In this document: in pieces, positions 13,169-25,496 of the stretch
Layout: each line of letters begins with the position of its first letter
How positions within the stretch are numbered: position 1 is the first letter of the stretch
Source of the DNA: Cycas panzhihuaensis
Taxonomy: Eukaryota > Plantae > Cycadophyta
Reading direction: 5' to 3'
DNA: 64,000 nt
Assembly (NCBI GenBank): GCA_023213395.1
Contig: CM041465.1
Coordinates: 171,251,741-171,315,740, forward strand
Program-made: the position numbers and the translations under genes
Notes under the pieces: generated by a model
Database searches by the model: none
Told to the model about the DNA's origin: nothing
Seen by the model: the letters and a program-made list of their open reading frames with translations, nothing else

Positions 13169-14200
13169 GCTCTAATACCATGTAGCAAAATGAAATTAAT
13201 AGAAATTAATAATGTACAAATAAAAATAAACAAACACTATGATCATAATGGTACCCTTAAAGTACCTTAGATTAACACTAGAATAATATTATAACTTTAT
13301 TTAATATGATATATTAAGTGTGTATTTATATTACATAACTTGACTATGCATGGGACCAACAACATAATGCCAATATCAGAGTATAATTAATTACACAAAT
13401 ATGCATTGCAACTTTGCCTCATGAAGTATGAACCAAACTATTTCAATAATATCAACCACTTAGATCATATGTGAGAATATTTACATCAACTAATCATGTG
13501 TCGACCATTAAACCACTTAAATTAAATACTACTTGAATATTTTAAAGTTCGGTATTCATATGCTCCCTCTTAATGCTTAATTTATAAAACTTCTCAAATG
13601 TCTTTAAAACCATATTAGACCACCGTTTTATCATACCACCTATGAATACCAATAATCAAACTTATCTTCAGCATGCTTGTTTTACTACAAGCAAATGTCA
13701 TATTATATTATCTCATCTTACCACCTATAAATCATTAATCAAACATAACAAAAACTTGTTATAACATAAAAAGTTTCTCCTTAAAAAACTATATCTTCTA
13801 CTTATAAGTTGCAAAATAAATTGATTAACTAATCAATAAGCCAAATTCACTAATGTCCATATAAAATAACAACCATTTACCAAAATGCATGGTAAAATAA
13901 CTTCTATAATTAGTAGTTAACTAAGAAGTATTTCATATATGTGGTTCGTCATCTTCTTTAATAATAAACAACATACTTTAAGAATAAGGTAAACTATTTG
14001 GCCAAATAAATATGTTGTAATAAGAGTAGCTTATAATTTTGCATAAGTAAATACTTGTAGTTTTCTTTAGTAACCATCAATAATTTTGCATAGGTAACAC
14101 TTGTAGTTTTCTTTAGTAACCAATCTCTCTTAATTGCATCATCAAACCAACAAAACCATAGAGGTATTAACATTATTAAGGAATTTAAAAGTTGTACAAT
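13169..14200 (-). mobile_element. Old LTR (13181-~13560) flanked by PBS and PPT, plus 3' internal remnant
   Basis: rc PBS GCTCTAATACCA at 13169-13180, rc PPT CTCCCTCTTAA at 13563-13573. 13850-14150 resembles 50060-50370. Confidence 0.65.
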
Positions 14201-14428
14201 TATATTATTATTTTAAGTATCCTAATAAGATAGGTTAGATATGGCAAGATGATGGACATTGTCTATTATACACAGTAAATGGATTTCCTTCCTTTCGCTA
14301 TACTCTAAAAAGGAATTTCTTGGGGATCATACTATAAAGCATAGTGCTATGGTGAATGGACTTTAGTATTATATGGGTGATTTATAAACTCAACATCCAT
14401 ATTATTCTTCAAATATGCATATATGTAT

Positions 14429-15182
14429 CATTAGAAATTTGAGGTTAATATCATGTGAGATGAATAGAAAAAAAAAAGTAGTATAAAATACCATATTCAA
14501 ATAATTAAATGATTATATATGTGTGTGTACTTAATAAAGGACTAATAAGAAATAGTTAGAAATACATGAAGATTTGAGAGCTTTAATCACACATATTAAG
14601 AACACTCATATATTCATATATTAAAGGTATTTGCTTGTTTACTCACTTATGAGAAATAATTATATGCACCTAGAAGAATTTATGTACAATAATTTAGAGT
14701 ACACAACAATACACCACAAAGTAATTAATACATCATTAAGTGGTTACAATGATCACTCACATAATCCATGTATTAAACTTTATCCTCAACAATTGACCAT
14801 AATGTTTTATTCATTGTGATTTATAGAAAATACTTTTTAGCTTTGCCAAACAAGTGTGGGACTCCTTCAATTATGCTTCCTTATTTTCTTCTTAATTCCC
14901 ATATTAACTCTTCTAATTTAAGGCCCTTAAGCTTCAACATTATTTCTAGATTTTAAGCATGATTTATCAATGTTTATATAAAGAAACAACCATCTAGTAG
15001 AATATATAGGTAGCCAATCACTACGAATACTAGTTTTTAAGGAAGTTCTTCATATATATGGTTTATCTACATCTATAAATTTTCACGAGTTATTTATTTA
15101 TAATCTTTCCATGTATTCACACTTATCATAGTGCATTATAAAAGTAGGCCAAACTACCTAACTAAGTAAATACTAAACCAAA
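14429..15182 (-). mobile_element. Family-X LTR (14429-14791) and 3' internal remnant
   Basis: Diverged homology to 38795-39550 and to the PBS-flanked LTR at 62208-62606. Confidence 0.65.
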
Positions 15183-18100
15183 TGTTATAGGCCCATAATA
15201 TTAAAATTATTAACATGTAAGAAATAAGATTAAAATTAATATTTATAAGGTTTTTAACAAAATAGAAATCAATAGTTTGTATATTGGTTTTTGAAAAACT
15301 TTACACCTTTTCTAGGGTAATTAGACTTTTATGTCTAGATTAATTTTTCCTTTAATTATCTATTTTTCATCTAATATGTCTCTACCTTGCCACAATGGTA
15401 TTAGAGCTATTTGGGGTTATAATAGAATTGCACTGTAGCTATTATAAGTACTCTAATTAGAAGAATCCTTAGGTGCCAATAGAGATTCCTAACTTATTTT
15501 CAAGTACATAGCATAAGAAGAATTTGACCATTGATATATGATGGGTTAGAGCATAAACTTAACATAGTGAATTTAGTGGAGGCAATTGAGAATATGCCAA
15601 ACTTCCTATAACAATGTCAACATTTCTCTTTTAGAGCATATCGCCATTAGAATTAGTAACTGATCCCGTAAGAAGATTGAGGTGAGAAAAACATTAAATT
15701 TAATGATTCGAGGTACAAGATTCCTAGTATGTGCATTAGGTAGGTTCAGTTTGAGCAAGCTTATGACCCTCCAAAATAATATAACACTGCCTACACTAGA
15801 GACTAACCACATCATATAAGACCAAAAGTAAAGCAATGATGAGTTTTTGCAATATGCTAAACAAATTTAAAAAAAAAATCTAGGTTTTTAAAAAATTCCA
15901 TTTTGAATATTCCATAGAGAAAAATATATTTCTTATTTAAATTTTTTTAGAACAAAACATGTTTACACATCTTACAATAATAATTAATCCTAGAGCTAAA
16001 ATAGACCAAGAATCATCTAGATGAGGGAAAGAGACAATGTTAGAGTAGTATTTATAAATGTAATATTCAAGAAGGATAAAAGAATCATTTTTTACTATTT
16101 AAGAAGGAGAAAACACTAGCAAATTTTAAGCAAAATGTCAATGGCTAGAAATGCTAGAGCTTTAATCAAGGAGTTGTAAGCTTATAATGATTTATTATAT
16201 CAAAAGGAGGATGGTGCATGCCGAAAAGGTGGAAACTAGCTCAAAATATCAGAAGAATTAAATAACATATGGGATCCCCTTATCCAAATCAATGATAACA
16301 TCAACATAATAGAAGAGAAGGATAGCCCAAAGTAAACAAATATAAACACATTGAGATTCTCAAGTGATGATAGTCATAAATATTCTATCGTCATGTGAAA
16401 TTACCCATTTATTCTATAAATGGAGATATATACATAAACAAATAGCTAATAAAACTATTTAACTTAAGAACACTTAGCTTTAAGAAAGCATCAAACTAAG
16501 TGGATTTGGTCATCTATTAATTATAAGGTTTAATCTACATATGGGTGATTAGTAGAAGGATCATCCTAAAATATTCTTCTTCAACCAATTTAATGAAGAT
16601 TTCATTAAATACAGTAAGGAAAACTAGGGTGATCCATATAAAATATAGTTAACTCATTACTTCTAGAGGAACATGATCATGCTTGAATATATAAAGATGT
16701 TTAAAGCATTGTAGATGGAGGCTAGAATTAAATCTAGTAATGGCATGATGCTTTACTTGAGTAATATGAGGGTAGAAGCATGAGAAGATGTGTCTTTTTG
16801 AGCTTTGGGCACTTTAAAAGGCCATATAAATGACACAATAGACTTAAAAAAACTAACTCTTCATCCAAACCAACTAGATGGCACTCCAAAAGAAGTGATA
16901 AATATATATATAATTGAATAAGATAATGTCCAAGACCTTAGGGAGCCTTAATTTACTAGCTTCAAATTTTAGTTCACTTAAGAGGGAAGATATGGAGAAA
17001 TCTAAGAAAATAGCATAAGGACTTTATTTTGATTATGGATAAAAATGGGAAAGGTGACACTCATTAGTCTATCCCAAACAAAAACAAGTTCATACTATAA
17101 AATTAAAGGATGATCAAGGTGAAGAATAATAGGATGTAGAAAAAAATCTTCTAAAAAATCAATAATACAAAGAAATTTGAATACCCAAACCTTAGATGAT
17201 GGGCATCCTGAAATCTCTATGATTACCATGTTTAGAATCTGATGATCCAATACCATTAAGATTTATGGATCTTTGAAAATAAATAGTATTAATATTAATA
17301 GGCTTGGGAAACACTCACTACCTTATTAATATTAATATAACCAAAAGTTCAAGCCTCTGTATGGATAAGAAGAAGTCTTTCAACATTTTAATATTAGGAT
17401 GTAAAGTAGGTTACATGTGAAATGGAAGTGAACCATCAACAACTCTAACTAGGTAAGGTGATGATTATTATGAACTTCTATACTTTCAATATTAGAGGTT
17501 TTGAAGTTGCACTTAAGGTCAAGTGGCTAAAAACCCTAGGTATGTATGGTCATAATCATAATGAGAACTTTAATTACTTTTATATAAGCGAGCAATTATA
17601 TCCAGTTTTGGGGATCAGAACACTAAATTTATCTATTATATTGATTGAAAAGATGATAAAGTATATACTTTTCTTTACCTATTAGTTTATTGAATGAATG
17701 TGCCTATACTTATCTGATGATGATTTTGACCAAGGTTCATGGCTTTATAATTATCCATACAAGCTCAATGAGTTAAGGAAAGGCTTCTTAGTACCCCTAC
17801 AAGACATGTATTATCCTTCTCTTCCTCCTATTTACAATACTAATCTATTTTGTTCTCTTCTTTAGATGTTTCTTCATTTAAAACTCTTATATTTAAATAC
17901 ATTTTTTATTCTTACTATCATGGTTATTATCATCTCATTTTGGTTTTTATTTTTATTTTTGTAAAAATTCCATGTCTAGTGTACAACAAAGTTTACCATG
18001 ATAGTACTTTAAAACTTCATGGCATCGCTAAGAACTTCACAATACTAATTCTTTCATCTCTTTTTTTTTTTTGGCCCACTATTGGTCATGCATTTATGGT

Positions 18101-18750
18101 ACCTAATAAGGTATCAACTCACTTTTCCCATCAAAACCATGGGCTATGTATGGGTTTGGCTTTAAAACCATAGGCTAATTAATGCCTCTAGCATTAATTA
18201 TCCCCAAAAGCATGGGTAATCAACCCATGGTGTTCCTATAGACTATGAGGCCAAAACCATGGGTCCTAACTCATCTATCTTTCTATTTATACCCTCCAGT
18301 TTTCATTGGAAAAGGGAGATTAATTTCTAAGCTGATATGTTATTATTATGCTACTAAAATTTATGCAAAAAGCCTATAGCTTTCAAATCCGATTGGTTGA
18401 ATTCCACTATTAGATTAAGGATTTAATATTAGACATTATTAGAGTACTCTTTGGATGGAGTAGAATGTCACTCGCATCTCCCCTTCACTTGGAATAAGGG
18501 TAACATCCCCCACATTGCCTATATTTTCTTCCTTCTTCTAATACTTTATTTCCTTACTTTTATGGCATTAAATTACCCTCTTTTATGCTTGTTATTTGCT
18601 CTAATTTTACTTCTTTTGTCTTTGCATACTTAACTTACTTTGTAATTGACATCTTATAGAGGAAAAAATGGACTCAATATTGCTTATTAGGATTAAAAAA
18701 GGGTGGCAAAATAGCAATTTCTGATGCCCCTCTTTACACCATTTCCTTTG
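15183..18750 (+). mobile_element. Highly degenerate Ty3/gypsy element (5' LTR 15183-15394, PBS 15396-15407, gag/protease/integrase remnants)
   Basis: TG...CA LTR followed by TGGTATTAGAGC. Protease-like NFYTFNIRGFEVALKVKWLKTLG (cf. DFYVL..GG.DVVLGVQWLKTLG). Integrase-like LKLHGIAKNF...FFWPT...KVSTHFSHQNHG. 3' end uncertain. Confidence 0.7.
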
Positions 18751-19552
18751 CTTATTTAAGTTAATATTTTAGCTTTAGTTTGCAAGATATTTCATCTATT
18801 TACTATAAACTTTATTAGATACTAATCAATGTAGGTGGAGGAGCTTTCCTAAAGATTTGAGTGCAACTTAGAGTGTGCTTAGAGTAACTAAAGAAATCCC
18901 TTCCTTCTCTTTCATTCATTCAACTCAAACAATTAAAGTGCTTATTACACAATCATTATGCTATCAAAATTATCTCAGATAGCTATAAAGGTTAGTATCT
19001 TAATGTAGCTTTTAAATTGACTTCTAACATATTTTATTTTAAACATAAACTTTTTTTCAATATAGGTCAATCTAATAAGCAGAAATATTATTAAAATTTT
19101 CCTAGAAATCATTTATAAATACATTTACCTAATCTTATTTTTCATGTATTGGTAATTCAAAAAATTGTGAATAAAATTTACTAAAAAAAAGGGGTAAAAT
19201 TAGATATTCGGAATATTATTCTTAGTATTCCTTAAACCTTTCCTTTTATAAATTCAGTTTTGAAAACAAAAAATATTTAAAAATATTACTTTATTTCATA
19301 GTTTTATTTAACAAAAAGGATTAGGAAAAGAGGTTACACTTATTGTATACTCATTGTTGCCTATTCTTCCCTTACCTCACATGTAGATTTTCATTAAAAA
19401 AGAAAAAAAAGGTTTATTAAAATGATCAAAAAAGAAGGTTTAAAAAGAATATTTCTCTTTTGCATATTACATTTGCATTTGCATTTTGGTATATATCTTT
19501 TCAAAGACCTAATGAGGAAGAGGTTTGCACCTGCTGTGAGTCTTTCAATATG

Positions 19553-22500
19553 TGGCGCTACACTTATATTTTTTAGGTTAGATTATTTATTACTCGTATG
19601 TAACTAAAATTATATAACTAGTAGTATTTAAATTATTTATTATATTCTCCTCTTAGTCTCTTATAGGTTTTAGGGTCTTCTTTTTGTTGAAAAGAGGGGA
19701 TAGTCATCTTTCTACCTGGGTTTCATTATCATATGAGAAAGATTGTTTTATGCTTTTAGGCATTAAGTCTCTAATTTATGTTCTAAATAGGTTGTTAAAT
19801 GGTGCCTATCTCCACCATCTGTTCATGCATAGGATGTTCATAATTAAGTGAGTTTCATTTATACTATTGATAATGATGACCTCTTATATTTCAGCCTCTT
19901 TGATCTTGAGGTACATTAGAATTACCAAACTGCATTGCACTTGTGTGAGTGCTATCATTAGTAGAAGAGTCTTTATTGACTTATTCATCAATGAATCTAT
20001 CCTATAGTCTTGATTCCTTTAGATACCTTATTTTGGATAGTCCCTTTCTTGGTTCTTTTATATTTATTCTATTAAATTAGGTTCATGTTAGAGCCACGAT
20101 TAAGATGGGTCAATTTATTTGGGTTGTTATAGTTGCATAAAATAGGCACATAGTTACATAAATGCTTTTGGAAACTCATACTTAATCAATCCCTTTACAA
20201 TGCGAGGGTTGTTGTTGTGTTGTTTGGCCCTCTAAGGGCATTGGGTATCTTATTTAGTTAATATTATCTTAGTCTTTGCAGTTGATTTTTAGTTCATCTC
20301 CTTGTTTAATTCACAAGTTACCTCATCTGCCTACTTATATTATATATTTTAATTATTAATTAGTTTTACTTATTATTTTAATCTGTCTTTATTTTTCTCT
20401 TTTTATAACACATAGCACATACCTATATTTTACCCTTAGATCAATACAGTAAACATAATAGGCATCATCCTTGCACTTATGTATAAGAGATGCATGAGTG
20501 CCCTATAGGGAACATATACTCATAGCCCCCTCAAATTAGATCCTTGTTCATCCTTTGGGTCTATTCTAAGGTTTTGTTTATATGTCCTCTCCTCCTGTCT
20601 ACCTATATTCATTAGCAACCATATTGGAGACTCACCAATATAATGTTATCTTTGTATTATATTAATAATTCTTCTTCTTTTCCTTATTCAAATCCTTTGA
20701 GATAGGGTGAGACTCCATTTAGTTTATAACTTATCTTTATGAGGATCCCTCATATTTATCCTATAGCTTTAGAGTCTAGATGTATACCATAAGTTTAGAC
20801 CACCTTTATTTTTTTCTTCTACTTCTTGTATATGACGATATTCTCATCATCTTAAAGGCCTTCCTCCATTTGTCTCTAATCTTTCGCATCCATATAGTCC
20901 TTCACCTATTGAGCACTCCTCAATGGTAGGCTAAATCTAACTTGAGTGGTCTATAAATCCCTTTTAGGCCCAATAGTTAAACTACTTACAAGAGTTTTAC
21001 CTAACACAAGATCTATATCAAGCCCAAGATATATACCAAGCCTACATGTAGGATTGGCCTTAAGTAATTGATACTTATGTATCACAGGTGCTTTATCAAC
21101 AAGGAGTAGATCCTATGTACTAGCCATATGAAGTAAATTAGGACCCCACTAAATCTCTGACATATATCATTAGATCCACCACCTAACTCCATGACCTTTC
21201 TTAAACCCCAAAGTTAAAACTCAAGCTTTTACCTTTGATCAGACCCAAGATGGTGAGTAGGTTCCCTACCCACTTCAAATATAATCCACTCTATTCGATA
21301 CTGAAACCATCATTAAAGTATAATACAAAGTAGTTGTAATAATAAATCTTACTTTAATTTAGGTTTGTCATTTATTTGGGATTGTGCCTGCATTTGTCTT
21401 ATTCATTTCCCAACCTCAATAGTAAGTAAGCTCATAATAGTATACTACTTCCCAACTAGTAGCACCATCTGCCCCTCCACTTATCCACCCATCCACCCCC
21501 AAATTGATAATAGCCCTATTTATAGGTCCTATTTTAATAGTAATTCCCTAATCTATCCCATATGTTTCCCCACTTATCCCACCAATAAGTGGGCTTCATA
21601 CATCTATTCAGTAACTAATAGTTATATGGACTACTCCTATACCTCTAGTTTTTCCTCATCCTCATCCAATATGACTGTTAAGGATACCTCACCCCCTCCA
21701 TGTCCCATTCATTGTATCCAAACCATCTCCTAACCTGGGTAACCCTCCTTTGTTTTACCTATGTATGTTTCCTAATAGTGGGGATAAGGTGGGCCTCATC
21801 CTCAACCTACATTTGGAGTTAATCCACTTTACCCATATGTGTTTGCCCCACTGATTAGAGGCCTATATGGTTTGAATTCAATTCCACATCCTCCATCTTA
21901 TCTTTTACCACTTTACCAAACCACATCTATTTGTTCTCAAGTATATAAATTATCCTACCAAGTTGTAGGTCCCTAATCCACCCATGTTTATTAAGGTCTT
22001 AATATCTAGCCTTATTAGACTTGACCTAGGCCTGCACCTATCTTATCTCATATAACTATACCTTAAGGAGTTACTACATAGGTTTGTGTTCCTTATCAAG
22101 CCCCCACCTTTGGTACCTCAATATATAGGGTACCTATTCTATATATACCCAACCCCTATGCCTAAGCAATAACTACTTATCAAGCTAAAACCATCTCTTA
22201 AACTATTCCATCATGCCAAGCCTACCAACAAGTATATACACCTTATGTGCGAAGCCAAACATACCTAGTTAATCCATCATAATAAATCTTTTTACTAGTT
22301 AATCATCTAGCTTAACTTGGTATACATCCCTTTCATAATTATAAGACCAACCAACTCTCCCTTAAGGTCCCTAGAACTAATTTGTTGCCCCAGCTCTTAT
22401 AAGTACCTAACTTTGAAGGCAATTTATCCTAAGACCTTAGATATCATGTTGAGTTTTTTACCATGGCATCTATTGATTAATGGTTGTATGATTATATCTT

Positions 22501-22980
22501 AATAAGTCTCTTTCCTAGGTCCCTCTAGGGTGATACCCTTAATTAGTTTTATTATTTGCCCTTCCACTCCATCCATTACTTTTAGTAATTCATAGATACC
22601 TTCGTAAATTATTCTGACATGTCACACCCTTTTAAGAGTGGCTCTAAATCCTTACTCTTAAACAAGGCCATAATGAGCTCAACAGAGACTTCGTGCACTA
22701 TTTTTCTAATTTACTCCACTTAATTAAGGCTACTTTACCCGAAGACTTGAAATGAAATATCTTTGTTAATGCTCATTATCCTAAGTTCATGCAGAAGATT
22801 TTAAGATGGGAATAACTACATGTGACTCTGCAATTGCTAAGTGTCTTTATTAGAATTCATCAAGATCTAGGTAGGCTTAAAGAAGGTCAATAAACCCTTC
22901 CTACAATGAGAGGCACAATGTTTTCTATAACACCAAAGGTCCCAACCATTAGCTTTAAGGCCTATTATCAATAATGCTAA
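19553..22980 (+). mobile_element. Degenerate Ty3/gypsy (Tat/Ogre-like) 5' region with Pro/Gln/Tyr-rich segment and gag
   Basis: gag motifs at ~22545-22860 (FYYLPFHSI...LKQGHNELNRDFVHYFSNLLHLIKATLPEDLK*NIFVNA). Possible TGGCGCTA PBS at 19553 (weak). Start boundary uncertain. Confidence 0.55.
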
Positions 22981-25496
22981 CATGACCATAAACTTCTTAA
23001 CCTCTATAGTTTGTTCTTTTAAGAAAGTATTGAGAGTTTTAAAGTTGTAACCATCCTAAATCCAACCCAAGCTACTTGCTCGCTTACATGGGTATATGCT
23101 AGTTCTCTAAGCGACCCTAGATATTTCCTAAATTAAGGGTAACACTACTACCCTTCCTTAGGATAAAAGGAATTTATAATTGGCCTTGATTAAAACCAAG
23201 TTGATAATCTTATTCTTAAAGGACATAGAAATGTTGATTGGGTTAGTTGCCAAGACTTATGCCATTTCATATTAGGGTACTGCTTTGACATGAACTCAAT
23301 TGTAATCTCTCTAAGCTACAAGAAACAACCAAATGTTGCTCTCTCCTTGAGGTGACACAAGCTAGTCACACTCATAAATAGGAGGTAAGATTAGTTAAGA
23401 TTTAATATATCCAAATGATAATTGATTAATAATTGATAAATGATGAATGATGTTTGATATTACATAGGCCCAATATATTTATAGTCCATCTATGGAAGGT
23501 TGTGTTCATTTAGAAATAGATATGACCCTTCACTTAATTTAATTATGATTATTTATGCCTAAATATACCATTTAGGCTTACTACAAGCTCTCCACTCTTG
23601 AATGGCTTCATCCTCAAAGCCTACTTAAATAGAATAGTCTTCGTACGAGCAACATAATGTCGTATAGATTTATGAGATTCACATGTCGATTTAAATCACA
23701 ATAGAAGTAAACATGTGATTCAAAAGATGCTTTGTCCTAGATTCTCGTTAATCTTTTATTAAACCATGGTATTATAGACCATTGTCTTCTAGTTTCATAA
23801 GACTTCTGGCTTTGTGATAATGGCATGGTATATTTATTTATTAAGTGGATTGTTGTTAAGACATTTGAAGGAATCTTTCACTCAAGATTATGATTAGGTA
23901 TCTTGATTTTTTATTGACCAATTCTCTCTTGAGGCCCCTAGAACTAATTTGTTGCCCATCCCCTTATAAGTACCCAACGTTGAATGCAATTCATCCTAAG
24001 ACCTTAGAGATCATGTTGAGTTTTTTACCATGGCATGTATTGATTATTGGTTCTATGACTATATCCTAATAAGTCTCCTTCTTAGGTCCCTTAAGGGGAT
24101 ACCCTTAATTAGTTTTATTATTTGTCCTTCCACTCCATTCATTGCTTTTAGTAATTGGTAGATACCTTCCCAAATTATTTTGATGTGTCATACCCTTTTA
24201 ATAATGGCTCTAAAGCCTTACTCTCTCTTAAACAAGGCCATGATAAGCTCAACAGAAACTTCGTGTACTATTTTTCTAATTTACTCCACTTAATTAAGGC
24301 TACTCTACCTGAAGACTTGAAATGAAATATCTTTGTTAATGATCATTATCCTAAGTTCATGCAGAAGATTTTAAGATGGGAACAACTACATGTGACTCTT
24401 CAATTGCTAAGTGTCTTTATTTAGAATCCATTAAGATCCAAGTAGGCTTACAGAAGGTCAATAAAGCCTTCCCACAATGAGAGGCCAGTGATTGCTATAA
24501 CACCAAAGGTCCCAACCATTAGCTTTAAGGCCTATTATCAATAATGCTAACATGACCATAGACTTCTTAACCTCTATAGTTTGTTCTTTTAAGCAAGTAT
24601 TAAGAGATTTAAAGTTGTAACCATCCTAAAGCCAAGCCAAGCTACTTGCTCCCTTACACGGGTACATGCCAGTTCTCTAAGCGACCCAAGCTATTTCCTA
24701 AATTAGGGGTAATGCTACTACCCTTCCTTAGGATAAAAGGAATTTATAATTGGCCTTGATTAAAACTAAGTTGACAATCTTATTCTAAAAGGACATAGAA
24801 ATGTTGATTGGGTTGGTTGCCAAGACTTATGTCATTTCATATTAGGGTACTGCTTTGACATGAACTCAATTGTAATCTCTTAGAGCTACAAGAAACAACC
24901 AAATATTGCTCTCTCCTTGAGGTGACACAAACTAGTCACACTCATAAACATAAGGCAAGATTGGTTAAGATTTAATATATCCAAATGCTAATTAATTAAT
25001 AATTGATAAATGATGAATGATGTTTGATATTACATAGACCCAATATATTTATAGTCCATCTATGGAAGGTTATGTTCATTTACAAATAGATATGACCCTT
25101 CACTTAATTTAATTATGATTATTTATGCCTAAATATACCATTTAGGCTCACTACAAGCTCTCCACTCTTGAAAGGCTTCATCCTCGAAGCCTACTTAAAT
25201 AGAATAGTCTTCGTACGAGCAATATAATGTCGTATAGATTTATGAGATTCACATGTCAATTTAAATCGCAATAGAAGTAAACATGTGATTCAAAAGATAC
25301 TTTATCCCAGATTCTCATTAATCTTTTATTAAACCATGGTATTATAGACCATTGTCTTCTAGTTTAATAAGACTTCTGGCCTTGTGATAATGGCATGGTA
25401 TATTTATTTATTAAGTAGATTATTGTTAAGAAATCCCAACGAATCTTCCACTCAATATTATGATTAGGTATCTTGATTTTTTGAGATTTTTATTGA
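22350..25496 (+). repeat. Tandem duplication, ~1.57 kb unit (22350-23917 / 23917-25496)
   Basis: Collinear repeat of gypsy gag + copia RNaseH start + gag-only element 3' LTR. Junction ...TTATTGA|CCAA at ~23917. Confidence 0.92.
23348..23917 (-). mobile_element. Partial third copy of the gag-only element (3' LTR 23348-23585 plus PPT region)
   Basis: Matches 36-~615, truncated at the tandem-duplication junction. Confidence 0.85.
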
